From Clostridia bacterium (GTDB taxonomy: Bacteria; Bacillota; Clostridia; UMGS1883): a DNA stretch of 63,343 nt. Below, in pieces: positions 25,769 to 35,105 of this stretch. Position 1 is the first letter of the stretch. Each line of letters starts with the position of its first letter. The position numbers and the translations under genes were made by a program. The notes below the pieces were generated by a model. That model did not search any database. It was not told the origin of the DNA and saw only the letters and a list, made by a program, of their open reading frames with translations. Where the stretch lies: assembly GCA_045660765.1 (NCBI GenBank), contig JAZREK010000070.1, positions 1-63,343 on the forward strand, given 5' to 3'.

Positions 25769-26431
25769 ATGATTAAAATTGCTCCCTCTATACTTTCAGC
25801 GGATTTCGGTGCGCTCAGAGAAGATGTTATAAAAGTAGAAAAAGCAGGGGCTCATTGGCTCCACATCGATATTATGGATGGACATTTCGTACCCAATCTT
25901 ACTATGGGTCCCGACATTGTCAAATCAATCCGCAAGGATTCAAAGCTGTTTTTTGATTGCCACCTTATGATTGACAATCCTGAAAAATATGCAGAAAACT
26001 TTGTTAAAGCAGGGGCAGAGCTTATATGCTTTCACGCTGAATGTGTAGACGATATCGGCGGTCTTATTGACAAAATTCATTCATACGGAGTTAAAGCGGC
26101 AGTTGCTATCAAGCCCAAAACAAGCGAAGAGATTGTCCTTCCCTATTTGCACAAGCTTGATATGGTTCTTGTGATGAGTGTTGAACCGGGATTTGGCGGA
26201 CAGAAGTTTATGCCCGAAGTGTTGGACAAAGTAAGAAATATCCGCGCGCACAAGGACGGTAAAAACATAGATATCCAGATGGACGGCGGAATCAATGCAG
26301 AAACTGTGGTATATGCGGCAGAAGCGGGTGTAAATATTTTTGTTGCGGGAAGTGCTGTTTTCAATGCTCCCTCATACGAGGAAGCAATTTCAAACATCCT
26401 CAAAAGTGCAGAGGGCGCAGTAAATGCGTGA
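25769..26431 (+). CDS. rpe: ribulose-phosphate 3-epimerase
   Basis: MIKIAPSILSADF, HIDIMDGHFVPN and MSVEPGFGGQKF. Start reset to 25769. Confidence 0.95.
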   Translation: MIKIAPSILSADFGALREDVIKVEKAGAHWLHIDIMDGHFVPNLTMGPDIVKSIRKDSKLFFDCHLMIDNPEKYAENFVKAGAELICFHAECVDDIGGLIDKIHSYGVKAAVAIKPKTSEEIVLPYLHKLDMVLVMSVEPGFGGQKFMPEVLDKVRNIRAHKDGKNIDIQMDGGINAETVVYAAEAGVNIFVAGSAVFNAPSYEEAISNILKSAEGAVNA

Positions 26432-26945
26432 GGAAAAGGCAATTTTAAGAAAAGAGCTTCTTTCCCTGCGAGATGAATCTCCCGAAAAAGAACTTTTTCT
26501 TTCGCACCTTGAATCTTTTGAAGAATTCAAAAATGCCCAAACCGTTTTTTGCTATGTTTCGGCAGGAAGCGAAGTTAAGACACACTCTTTTATAAAAGAA
26601 GTGCTTAAAACAAAGAGGGTTCTTGTCCCGTATTGCATCGACAAAAATGGTACAATGATAGCGGTGGAGATAAAATCGCTTGACGAATTGGAAGAAGGTT
26701 TTTTCGGAATTTTGTCGCCGAAGAATCCTGCTGAATTTCCAAAAACCGAAATTGATTTTGCGATTGTTCCCGCAGTTGCCTTTGATAAAGACGGTTACCG
26801 TCTCGGCTACGGCAAAGGATATTACGACAGATTTTTGAGCGATATAACCCCGTACAAACTCGGTATATGCGCAAAAGAGCTTTTCTGCGAAAAGCTCCCC
26901 CATGATGAGTTTGATGTTAAAATGAATAAAGTTCTTGTAATATAA
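26424..26945 (+). CDS. 5-formyltetrahydrofolate cyclo-ligase
   Basis: VPAVAFDKDGYRLGYGKGYYDRFL motif, 173 aa. Overlaps the rpe stop by 8 nt. Confidence 0.85.
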   Translation: MREEKAILRKELLSLRDESPEKELFLSHLESFEEFKNAQTVFCYVSAGSEVKTHSFIKEVLKTKRVLVPYCIDKNGTMIAVEIKSLDELEEGFFGILSPKNPAEFPKTEIDFAIVPAVAFDKDGYRLGYGKGYYDRFLSDITPYKLGICAKELFCEKLPHDEFDVKMNKVLVI

Positions 26946-26977
26946 AAAGGAATCTTCCACGGAAGATTCCTTTTTTT
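26945..26977 (+). terminator. intrinsic terminator
   Basis: aaaaaggaatcttcc-ac-ggaagattccttttttt. Confidence 0.8.
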
Positions 26978-26986
26978 GTTGTTTTT

Positions 26987-27040
26987 CTTGTTTGGGGACG
27001 GGGCAGTTTTTGTGTAACAAACGCTGCTCCGTCCCCAAAC
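26987..27040. repeat. REP-like GGGGACGGGG hairpin (family B), single unit
   Basis: cttgtttGGGGACGGGGCAGtttttgtgtaacaaacgCTGCTCCGTCCCCaaac. Confidence 0.8.
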
Positions 27041-27115
27041 TGTACAGCAATTGATTTACCAACGGACGGTTGGTTTACTTATCCAAGTTCCTTGGTTTAG
27101 CGCGAAGAGAAAAGC

Positions 27116-27204
27116 GTGCAGAACGGACAAACTGAGCTGAGCATAGCGAAGGTTATCCGACGCTGTACAAAGGTACAGCGAGAGGCGAAGTTTGTTCGTA
27201 GTTC
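27116..27204. repeat. palindromic intergenic element (family C, GTGCAGAACGNACAAACTGA arms)
   Basis: gtgcagaacggacaaactga ... agtttgttcgtagttc outer arms with an inner hairpin gctgtac-aaag-gtacagc. Related arms at 37960-38087. Confidence 0.6.
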
Positions 27205-27213
27205 GTTGGCTTT

Positions 27214-27249
27214 ATAAAAAAGAAATCCGTGCATAAAGCACGGATTTCT
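27214..27249 (-). terminator. intrinsic terminator after gene 27298..27555
   Basis: Minus strand agaaatccgtgc-tttat-gcacggatttct followed by TTTTTT. Confidence 0.8.
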
Positions 27250-27297
27250 ACCAAAACATAAATCAATATTTTTTCGTCAACGAACAGTCTGCGCGTT

Positions 27298-27555
27298 TTA
27301 ATCAAGCGCCTTTAGTGCTTCTGTTAATGCTATTGCCACCTGGTCGGGACAACTTGTGCCACGTCCGTTGCAATCGATACCGCGCATTCTTTCAATAGCA
27401 TCCTGCGCCTTCATACCCTTTAAAAGTTGTGCAAGGCCGTTTGTATTTCCGTTGCATCCGCCAACAATCTTGATATCGTTGATTGTTCCGTCTTCTGCAA
27501 GGTCAATCACAGTCTTGCGCGAGCAGACACCACGATTTGTGTATTCTGTAATCAT
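27298..27555 (-). CDS. TSCPD-domain small protein (TIGR03905-like)
   Basis: CSRKTVIDL..GGCNGNTNGLAQLLKGM..CNGRGTSCPDQ pattern, 85 aa. Confidence 0.75.
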   Translation of the reverse strand: MITEYTNRGVCSRKTVIDLAEDGTINDIKIVGGCNGNTNGLAQLLKGMKAQDAIERMRGIDCNGRGTSCPDQVAIALTEALKALD

Positions 27556-27558
27556 AAA

Positions 27559-27927
27559 TTATTTCTCCGCCTTTTCCTCTGCCTTTTCAGGTTCGATACC
27601 ATCAACGTAAACGTTTACAATTATGTTTTCAAGACCTGCGAATGCTTCCACAGAGTTTTTAACGGCTTTCTGAAGTTTGTATGCTATTTCGTTGATTTTT
27701 ACACCGAATTTCACAGTTACATGAACATCAATTTTTGTTGCTTCTTCTGTCATTTCAACCTTGATGCCCTTGTCAGTTTTTTTGCTTAAAAAGTCGCTCC
27801 AACTACCGCTTGTGCCAAGGCCCGTTACGCCCTCAACCTCACGCGCGGAAATTGCGCTGATACGTACGATTACTTCTTCCGAAATTTTTATATTTCCGTT
27901 TTCAGTAGCAATGAAATTATCAGTCAT
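27559..27927 (-). CDS. Asp23/Gls24-family envelope stress protein
   Basis: ISEEVIVRISAISAREVEGV is typical of Asp23. Start at the ATG 9 nt after AAAGGAAG. Confidence 0.8.
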   Translation of the reverse strand: MTDNFIATENGNIKISEEVIVRISAISAREVEGVTGLGTSGSWSDFLSKKTDKGIKVEMTEEATKIDVHVTVKFGVKINEIAYKLQKAVKNSVEAFAGLENIIVNVYVDGIEPEKAEEKAEK

Positions 27928-28023
27928 TTGAATTACTTCCTTTCGCACAAATAATCCAAGATTCTAATTTACTTGGGTTATTCTTATTTTATCACTATTG
28001 TTAAAAATAATCAAGATATTTTA

Positions 28024-28536
28024 TCAGTTCATCTCCATTATCTTGATTTTCTCCTGCGGAATTCCGCTTTGTGCGGACACAATTTCGGAGATTTGTGCCG
28101 CGCCTTCGCTGTCAAGCATTTCGGTTTTTACCACAACATTAGCCATACCGCTGTTAATATAACATACCGCGTCGGCAAACCCGCGTGCGCGAAGAAGATT
28201 TTCAACAGCGGTTTCTGTTTCTGTATTTTGTGCAAGCTCTAAAACACCTTGTTGCGCGCTGGCTTTTGCCGCTTCATCGCTGTTTTCGTTTTCAAGCACC
28301 GCGTTATATGTTTCAATGCTTCGGCTTCGTCCTGCCTCGCGGTCAATACGTGCCTGCGCAAAAAAATCTCCGCTGACTGCCTGCCCTTCTTCCTGATTGG
28401 TCACAAGCTGTGCTTCGCCAAGATATTTTTTGCCTGTTTCTTCGGAATTTTTTCCTGCATTTATATAACCCGCTGTTCCTACAACAATAGCAAGAGCTGC
28501 TACGGCAAGTTGCTTTTTCTTAACAACCATCATCAT
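28024..28536 (-). CDS. spoIIIAH: stage III sporulation protein AH
   Basis: N-terminal TM, last gene of the spoIIIA operon, C-terminal YscJ/FliF-like region. Confidence 0.75.
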   Translation of the reverse strand: MMMVVKKKQLAVAALAIVVGTAGYINAGKNSEETGKKYLGEAQLVTNQEEGQAVSGDFFAQARIDREAGRSRSIETYNAVLENENSDEAAKASAQQGVLELAQNTETETAVENLLRARGFADAVCYINSGMANVVVKTEMLDSEGAAQISEIVSAQSGIPQEKIKIMEMN

Positions 28537-28541
28537 AATTA

Positions 28542-28934
28542 TTACTTCCTTTCAAAAACCTCGATTTTATGGGCCGATACTCCGAGTGCCGCAGATGCCG
28601 CGCGTATAAGTCTTTCACGAACTGCGCTGTTACCTCCACCTTCAGCCACGATCAAAACGCCCGCACTGCGCTCTTTTTTCTCGGTGTTTGCAAGGAGGTT
28701 TTCTTCTTCCTTTTCGCCTTGTGAAATCATGACGCTGACTTTTCCCGCACCCTCTATTTCAGAGAGTATTTTTTCCGCCTCGGCAGTTTGCGAGAAATGT
28801 TCGTGATTTTCCTCCTTAAGCGGTTCTTTTTTTGCAGAATTCCCGAAAACAAGGAGCATTATTCCCATAGCTAATAATATATATATTAGGCTGATTGTCT
28901 TTTTATCCCCGAAAAATTTGTCAATTTTTATCAT
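28542..28934 (-). CDS. spoIIIAG: stage III sporulation protein AG
   Basis: N-terminal TM SLIYILLAMGIMLLVFG, C-terminal VLIVAEGGGNSAVRERL, operon position. Confidence 0.75.
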   Translation of the reverse strand: MIKIDKFFGDKKTISLIYILLAMGIMLLVFGNSAKKEPLKEENHEHFSQTAEAEKILSEIEGAGKVSVMISQGEKEEENLLANTEKKERSAGVLIVAEGGGNSAVRERLIRAASAALGVSAHKIEVFERK

Positions 28935-29364
28935 TTTTGAGCTTTATCCTTTCTCTTCCTATTCCGAAATTTTCTATTATGTATCGGACGGCACCGCTTT
29001 CATCTCCGTTTACCCATAGTGTTACGGAAATAACTTCCCCATCAGGCGAAACTTCAACAAAGGCTTTTCCTCCGTTTTTCAGTTTTCCTTCTATTGTTTC
29101 TTCAAGATTTTCACGGTGTTTTTTCAAAACCTGCGCCCTATAGAGCGCCTCGTTATTTTCTATTTCTTCTTCGGGAAACGAAAACTGTTCTGCCGAAAAA
29201 AACGGCACGCCTTTTTTTGAAGGAAGGAACGACAGTGCCGAACAGATAAGCATAAATCCCATTGCAAGAGAAGTGTATTTTTTTATACTTCCTTCAGGAA
29301 TAAGCATATTCGCAAAAGAAATCAGCATAAGAATTACGCCAAGTGTCGTCATATATTCTTTCAT
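28921..29364 (-). CDS. spoIIIAF: stage III sporulation protein AF
   Basis: Two N-terminal TM segments, operon position between AE and AG. Confidence 0.75.
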   Translation of the reverse strand: MKEYMTTLGVILMLISFANMLIPEGSIKKYTSLAMGFMLICSALSFLPSKKGVPFFSAEQFSFPEEEIENNEALYRAQVLKKHRENLEETIEGKLKNGGKAFVEVSPDGEVISVTLWVNGDESGAVRYIIENFGIGRERIKLKNDKN

Positions 29365-29365
29365 A

Positions 29366-30397
29366 CTACAAAATAGCTGCTATTAAAATAATCATGATTG
29401 TCCCCATTGATGCGACTGATGAAAAAAACATATCTATACATTCCCCCAGATTCCGAAGAGTATTGCTGACTTTTTTATCGCTGACAGGAGCTGTGAATGC
29501 CGCCGTAAGGCGAAACGCCAGCGAAAGTGCCCACAGTTTCATCAGCGGTATGGCAAACATAGAAAAAATCACGATAACGCCACCTAATCCAACTGCATTT
29601 TTAAGGAGCATTGCGCTTCCTGCAACAGAGCTCATCGCTTCACTTATTGATCCGCCGACAACAGGGACCGAGGCATTTATTGCAAACTTTACCCCGCGTG
29701 CTGCAAGAGAATCAAAGCTTGCGGCCGCAAAAGAGCTTATCCCCATTATTCCTGCGAAAAGCGACATTGCAAGAGCAAGCAACGTCTTGTGAAGTTTTGA
29801 AAAAAGTGATGTAAACTCTGAAAGTGAGTCTGTTCCCGTAACGCCACACAAAAGAGAGCATACCGCACGAAGAAGCACAAGCGGAGTTATAACATTTTTG
29901 ATAAGAACCCCGAACGCCGAGCATATAAAATACATTACGGGATGTGCCATTGTAGCGGTCGCTACCTCTCCTCCCGAAAAAGAAAGCATTGTCATAGACG
30001 GGATTATGCCGTGAACAAAAAGGGTTAAATCATCCAAGGTGGAAATCACGTATTCGCTTGCACTTTGAAACGCTGCCGCTGATATTGTCGCAATATATAA
30101 AAACAGCGCAACCTCGCTTGCTCTTCCGGTTTCTTTTTTTTCAAACGAACTGTTAAGGTTTTTAATAAATGCGGATATCAGAATTACGACAACTGCTGAT
30201 CCGATTAGCAAAAACGCACTTTTTAGCTCTCCCAGAAAATAAGATATCAGATTGTTTAAAATACGTGGGGAATCGAGCAAAAACTTACCCGCTGAGACAG
30301 ATTCTATCACATTTTCAAACTCAAAATCTCCGAGCAATTTTTCAACATTCTCCATTGCGGATTGTGGTATTTGAACATTTATATTTTCAGTATTCAT
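29366..30397 (-). CDS. spoIIIAE: stage III sporulation protein AE
   Basis: 343-aa polytopic membrane protein at the expected operon position. Ends with a genuine TAG stop at 29366-29368. Confidence 0.85.
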   Translation of the reverse strand: MNTENINVQIPQSAMENVEKLLGDFEFENVIESVSAGKFLLDSPRILNNLISYFLGELKSAFLLIGSAVVVILISAFIKNLNSSFEKKETGRASEVALFLYIATISAAAFQSASEYVISTLDDLTLFVHGIIPSMTMLSFSGGEVATATMAHPVMYFICSAFGVLIKNVITPLVLLRAVCSLLCGVTGTDSLSEFTSLFSKLHKTLLALAMSLFAGIMGISSFAAASFDSLAARGVKFAINASVPVVGGSISEAMSSVAGSAMLLKNAVGLGGVIVIFSMFAIPLMKLWALSLAFRLTAAFTAPVSDKKVSNTLRNLGECIDMFFSSVASMGTIMIILIAAIL

Positions 30398-30780
30398 TAA
30401 AGTATTCCCATTATTCGGGTAAATGCTTCCTTGGCGATGGGGATTGCAATTACCGTTATCGCTATTTTTCCTGCTGTCTGAATATGTGCGGAAAGTACTT
30501 TTTCTCCACTTTGTTCGCAGAGGTCACTCCCTATCTGGGCAATATATGCTATGCCGGTAATTTTCAGGATAGGAGTGAGAAAGGCTTCTCCCACCGGACT
30601 CATTTGTGCAAAATCGCGCATGGTTTTTACAATAGTTATTATATAAGGAATAATTGCCGTTATAATTAAAACAATTCCCGAAACAGAAACGAGAGGGGCT
30701 GTCGGGCTTTTTATGTTTTTCAGTATCATCGCAATTACGCCAAAAATCACGCCTGCTGATACGATAGCTAATATATTCAT
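30397..30780 (-). CDS. spoIIIAD: stage III sporulation protein AD
   Basis: 127 aa, four TM segments, operon position. Confidence 0.8.
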   Translation of the reverse strand: MNILAIVSAGVIFGVIAMILKNIKSPTAPLVSVSGIVLIITAIIPYIITIVKTMRDFAQMSPVGEAFLTPILKITGIAYIAQIGSDLCEQSGEKVLSAHIQTAGKIAITVIAIPIAKEAFTRIMGIL

Positions 30781-30971
30781 ATACCGAACACCGTCTTTAC
30801 CGTTTCAAAAAGCTTTGCTATTTCCCCCACTACCATCATCAGAACAACCACAAGCCCCGCAATAGTTATCATAAGTGCTTGTTCATCACGTCCGCTGCGC
30901 GACAGAAGCATATTCATAACCGAAACAATAATTCCTATTCCTGCAATTTGAAAAATAAGCTCTGTATTCAA
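30777..30971 (-). CDS. spoIIIAC: stage III sporulation protein AC
   Basis: LIFQIAGIGIIVSVMNMLLSRSGRDEQALMITIAGLVVVLMMVV matches the SpoIIIAC pattern. TTG start 6 nt after GGGAGGGAG; the longer track ORF is rejected. Confidence 0.75.
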   Translation of the reverse strand: MNTELIFQIAGIGIIVSVMNMLLSRSGRDEQALMITIAGLVVVLMMVVGEIAKLFETVKTVFGI

Positions 30972-30994
30972 GGCTTTCTCCCTCCCTTGCTGTT

Positions 30995-31474
30995 TTATAT
31001 AAGAAGCAACACTATTGCGGCGGCAGACAGAATACTGCCTCTCACGCAAAGTTTCCCCTTTGTTCCAAGCTCGTTTGTCGCTTCTTCCAGACTTTTTTCA
31101 AGTTCTATGATGAAAACCTTCAGATTCGCAAGCTGTTCCTCGCAGGAAGTCGCACAAAGGCCCGAAGAAAACCTCTCTATCATTTTTAAATCCTCGCTTT
31201 TCAGTGAAGAAATCTCAATCGCAGTTTCATTTACTGCATCTTCGGGGAGTTGTCCTGACAGAATTTTTGATGACACGGTTTCAAAAAATGTGGAACTGTC
31301 CATAAAAACTTCGTGAAGCGGTGAGCCTAGCACGGCAAGTTTGGAATTTATTCTCCTTGCGCCGTTAAGTATTTCTGCAAGATTCCCTCTGCGCTCAAAA
31401 AATGCAAGGTATTTATTCATCCCGAAAAGCGTTGCTGACAAAATTATGACTGCCGAACCTATAATTTTAAGCAC
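30995..31474 (-). CDS. spoIIIAB: stage III sporulation protein AB
   Basis: N-terminal TM, 159 aa, overlaps spoIIIAA by 8 nt. Confidence 0.8.
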   Translation of the reverse strand: MLKIIGSAVIILSATLFGMNKYLAFFERRGNLAEILNGARRINSKLAVLGSPLHEVFMDSSTFFETVSSKILSGQLPEDAVNETAIEISSLKSEDLKMIERFSSGLCATSCEEQLANLKVFIIELEKSLEEATNELGTKGKLCVRGSILSAAAIVLLLI

Positions 31475-32351
31475 GCCTTAAACACCTTCCGTCCGTTATT
31501 ATTTTTTCTGTTTTTATCTCTCCGCGAAGCTTGCCGAGGACAATTATACGTTCAAAAACGCCGTTTTCTATTATTTCTCTTATATATTTTCTTTTCATAA
31601 CATCCCTTTCGCTGTATCCGTGTGCCGAGGTTATGATTTTAACACCGCAATTTATAAGTTCGCCTATGGCTCGCTCTTCCTCCTCGCTTCCCGTTTCGTC
31701 GGTTATAATAACTTCGGGTGACATAGTGCGCAGAAGCATCATTATTCCTTCCGCTTTCGGGACGCCATCCATCACAGAAGTAAACCTGCCCACATCGTGA
31801 GTAGGAACACCGTTACGGCAGGCGGCAATCTCGCTTCGCTCATCGGCAATACACACCTTGTGTGATGAACCAATCTGCCGTGCGATGTCTCGAAGTATTG
31901 TCGTTTTTCCGCATCCTGCAGGCGAAATTATGAGGGTGTTATAAATTCTTTTGTCATACATTATGTATTCCATTATTTCGTCTGCCACTCCGATAATTCC
32001 GCGTGACAGACGTACACAGATTGCAGAAATATCCGTCATATGCGTCACCTTTCCGTTTTCGCAGACACATTTTCCGCACACGCCCACGCGGTGACCGCCC
32101 GAGAGCGTTATATACCCTTGCGTCAGGTTCTGTTGCATTGCGTAAAGAGAGCCTCTACACATTGAATTGACGATTTTTTTAAGTTCCTCGTATGATACGC
32201 TTATTCCCGAATCCATAAGGATGCCTCTTTTTACAACGGAAACATTCTTTTCGGCAATAATTCTGATTTCCTGCATATCCTTTGTCCCCATAATGAGCAA
32301 TGTTTCGGTAAGGACAGAAGGAAAATGTTGTAGAAGTGAATTTATCTCCAT
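31467..32351 (-). CDS. spoIIIAA: stage III sporulation protein AA (secretion-type ATPase)
   Basis: Walker A SPAGCGKTT and Walker B VIITDE, first gene of the operon. Confidence 0.9.
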   Translation of the reverse strand: MEINSLLQHFPSVLTETLLIMGTKDMQEIRIIAEKNVSVVKRGILMDSGISVSYEELKKIVNSMCRGSLYAMQQNLTQGYITLSGGHRVGVCGKCVCENGKVTHMTDISAICVRLSRGIIGVADEIMEYIMYDKRIYNTLIISPAGCGKTTILRDIARQIGSSHKVCIADERSEIAACRNGVPTHDVGRFTSVMDGVPKAEGIMMLLRTMSPEVIITDETGSEEEERAIGELINCGVKIITSAHGYSERDVMKRKYIREIIENGVFERIIVLGKLRGEIKTEKIITDGRCLRRA

Positions 32352-32493
32352 AGGGTTTCATCCTTTCGGTCTAACTTATGACAAAGGATAATAAAAAAGT
32401 ACAAGAATTATAGTTATTGATAAAAAACATTATTGTATCTTTGCTTGTATTTTGGTAAAATGGAAATATCATTTGATGAAGGACTGATTTTTT

Positions 32494-33225
32494 TTGACAG
32501 GTATAGGTACTGCTATAAATACAGTTTCGGTAATTGTCGGCTCGCTTTTCGGACTTCTTCTTAAAAAAGCAATTCCCGAAAGGCTTAAAGAAAGTATGAT
32601 TCAGGCGCTTGCCCTTGCAACATTCACAATAGGTATTACGGGAGTTATAAATGCTTCTTCAACCGTTGCCGAGGGTGGTACACTTACAGGCAATTATACA
32701 ATCCTGATGGTGCTTTCAATGGCAATCGGCACATTTATCGGCGAGCTTATCAATATCCAGAAGCGACTTGACAACATGGGTGATTTTCTGCAGAAAAAGT
32801 TTGCGTCGGGAGATTCTTCCACATTTTCGCAGGGATTTGTAACAGCTTCGCTCGTTTTCTGTGTCGGCTCGATGACTATCCTCGGTTCGATTAACGATGC
32901 TCTTTTACACGACCCGACAATACTTATCACAAAAAGTCTTCTCGATATGATTATGGCGGTTGTATTTTCATCCACACTCGGTATCGGCGTTATGTTCTCG
33001 GCGATAACGGTACTTGTGTATCAGGGACTTTTAACGGCGTGCGCGTCATTCGTTTCGCCGTACCTTACTGCCGACGTTATTGCGCAGATGTCTTTTGTCG
33101 GAAGCATCCTTATCGCAGGAATCGGTCTTAATTTTGTTTACAAACCCAAGCTCAAGCTTGCGAATATGCTCCCAGCGATGTTTATTCCGCTTGTATGGTA
33201 TCTTATCAGTATTTTATGGAGGTAA
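32494..33225 (+). CDS. DUF554-family membrane protein
   Basis: MTGIGTAINTVSVIVGSLFGLLLKK N-terminus, multiple TM segments, TTG start. Confidence 0.7.
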   Translation: MTGIGTAINTVSVIVGSLFGLLLKKAIPERLKESMIQALALATFTIGITGVINASSTVAEGGTLTGNYTILMVLSMAIGTFIGELINIQKRLDNMGDFLQKKFASGDSSTFSQGFVTASLVFCVGSMTILGSINDALLHDPTILITKSLLDMIMAVVFSSTLGIGVMFSAITVLVYQGLLTACASFVSPYLTADVIAQMSFVGSILIAGIGLNFVYKPKLKLANMLPAMFIPLVWYLISILWR

Positions 33226-33230
33226 CCCTG

Positions 33231-34727
33231 ATGAACAGATGTGGTGGTGTGCTGATGCACATTTCATCCCTTTCGGGCGAATATGGGATAGGAACACTCG
33301 GTCGCGGTGCCGAGGAATTTGTTGATTTTCTTTCGGAAAGCGGTTTCGGTGCATGGCAGGTACTTCCCTGCGGTCCGTGTGACAGCTATAATTCCCCTTA
33401 TTCGGGAAAGAGCGCGTTCGCGGGAAACATATATTTCATTGACCCCGAGATTTTATATGAAAAGAAGCTTCTTTCGGAAAAAGACGTTCTGGAATGTAAA
33501 TCTTCTGATATATATGTAACTGATTATGACTTTTTACATAAAACACGCGAAGATATTTTCCGCAAGGCGTTTTCTAATATAACGGACGATATAAAGAAAG
33601 AAATCAAATCTTTCTGCGCCAATAATCCGTGGGTGAAGGATTATGCGCTTTTCTGCGCGCTTAAAAAGAAATATGAAGACCTCCCCTGGTGGGAATGGGA
33701 TAAGGAAATTATGCTCCGCGAGGAAAGTGCGCTCTCAAAAGCTGAAAAAGAACTTGCCGAAGACGTTTTCTTCTATGAATTTTTACAGTATGAATTTTTT
33801 GAAGAGTGGAATGCGATGAAGAAATACGCCAATCAAAAAGGCGTAAGTATTATCGGCGATATGCCCATCTACCTCGCGCACGACAGCGCAGACGTATGGG
33901 CAAATCCGCATCTTTTCTCTCTTGATAAGTCAATGCACCTCACAAGATGCGCAGGCGTTCCCCCCGATTATTTCTGCGAAGAAGGGCAGAAGTGGGGCAA
34001 TCCTCTCTACAATTGGGAAAACCTCAAGAAAGAGGGGTACAGCTTGTGGATAAAACGCCTCGGTCACGCACTTAATATGTATGACGCGGTAAGAATTGAC
34101 CATTTCCGCGCGTTTTCTGCATATTGGTCAATCCCTGCCGAAGAAAAGGCTACCGAAGGCAGATGGGAAAAAGGCCCCGGCATTGAATTCTTCAATGCAC
34201 TTAAAAAAGTTTACCCCGATGCAAACATCATCGCCGAAGACCTTGGCGATATTGATGACGATGTACGCACACTTCTTCGTGAAACTGATTTCCCCGGAAT
34301 GGGTGTAATGCAGTTTGCGTTTATTACGGACGATGATACACCTCATCTTCCGCATAACTATACGAAAAAGACCATCGGTTATACAGGTACGCACGATAAC
34401 AACACCCTTCTCGGTTGGCTTTGGGAAAGTAGCGAGGGCAGTCGCAATTACGCTATGGAGTATTGCGATTTCCACGGTGACTGGGGCCAGGGCGGACCAT
34501 CCAGCGCATCTATCCGCGCAGTCATCCGCACATTGTGGCGAAGCGGTGCACTTATTTCAATCGTTCCGATTCAGGATTTGTGTGGTTTTGGTGGGGATAC
34601 GTGCATGAATCATCCCGGAGTTGCTGAAGGAAACTGGTGTTTCCGCATAACAAAAGAAGCACTTGCAAGTGTTGATAAAGAATTTTATAAATCACTTAAC
34701 GGACTCTATAAAAGAGGAAGAATGTGA
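33231..34727 (+). CDS. malQ: 4-alpha-glucanotransferase (GH77 amylomaltase)
   Basis: GVLMHISSLSG.YGIG, RIDHFRAF, WGNPLYNW, and GTHDN.T..GW. ATG after GGAGGT. Confidence 0.95.
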   Translation: MNRCGGVLMHISSLSGEYGIGTLGRGAEEFVDFLSESGFGAWQVLPCGPCDSYNSPYSGKSAFAGNIYFIDPEILYEKKLLSEKDVLECKSSDIYVTDYDFLHKTREDIFRKAFSNITDDIKKEIKSFCANNPWVKDYALFCALKKKYEDLPWWEWDKEIMLREESALSKAEKELAEDVFFYEFLQYEFFEEWNAMKKYANQKGVSIIGDMPIYLAHDSADVWANPHLFSLDKSMHLTRCAGVPPDYFCEEGQKWGNPLYNWENLKKEGYSLWIKRLGHALNMYDAVRIDHFRAFSAYWSIPAEEKATEGRWEKGPGIEFFNALKKVYPDANIIAEDLGDIDDDVRTLLRETDFPGMGVMQFAFITDDDTPHLPHNYTKKTIGYTGTHDNNTLLGWLWESSEGSRNYAMEYCDFHGDWGQGGPSSASIRAVIRTLWRSGALISIVPIQDLCGFGGDTCMNHPGVAEGNWCFRITKEALASVDKEFYKSLNGLYKRGRM

Positions 34728-34730
34728 CAT

Positions 34731-34757
34731 AAAAGCACCGCCGTAGCGGTGCTTTTC
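34731..34757 (+). terminator. intrinsic terminator after malQ
   Basis: aaaagcaccgc-cgta-gcggtgctttt. Confidence 0.75.
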
Positions 34758-35008
34758 TTGTTTGGGGACGAAATGCAAATGCAGAATGAGAGATCCTTCG
34801 CTTCGCTCAGGATGACACACCTTGTCATCCTGAAAGAGCAACGCGACTGAAGAATCTCTGCACTTTGTTATTGAGAGCGCATATGGGGGACGGGGCAGCG
34901 AAGTGCACATCGCCCCATTTGTTGGTAATCTCTTGTTTGGGGACGGGGCAGTTTTTGTTACGCCTACGGCTTACAAAAACATTCCCCGTCCCCCGTAGTG
35001 CGGTTTAA
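34757..35008. repeat. REP-like family B cluster: orphan left arm, a degenerate unit and one complete unit in the opposite orientation to 17436-17660
   Basis: cttgtttggggacg (34757-34770); gggggacggggcagcgaagtgcacatcgcccc (34885-34916, in context atatggggga...); cttgtttGGGGACGGGGCAGTTTTTGTTAcgcctacggctTACAAAAACATTCCCCGTCCCCcgtagtgcggtttaa (34932-35008). Confidence 0.85.
34788..34860. repeat. 73-bp palindromic element (family D) inserted within the family B cluster
   Basis: gagagatccttcgcttcgctcaggatgac-acacctt-gtcatcctgaaagagcaacgcgactgaagaatctctg. It produces the spurious ..HPERSEGS.. ORF at 34692..34910. Confidence 0.75.
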
Positions 35009-35042
35009 TTACCATGTGCAAACATAATTTTTTAAAAAAGGC

Positions 35043-35071
35043 TTGACTTTAGCGCGGTAGAGTGTTAATAT
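35043..35071 (+). promoter_or_regulatory. sigma-A-type promoter for the amino-acid ABC operon
   Basis: TTGACT, 17 nt, TAATAT. Confidence 0.5.
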
Positions 35072-35105
35072 AATAACACACTAACAAAATAAAGGAGTTT
35101 TTAAA

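Noticed and set aside
34692-34910. A 72-aa ORF containing ..CHPERSEGSLIL...
   Set aside because: It spans a 73-bp perfect-type palindrome and REP-like units in an intergenic region and has no RBS. It is a typical artefactual ORF from palindromic repeat elements.
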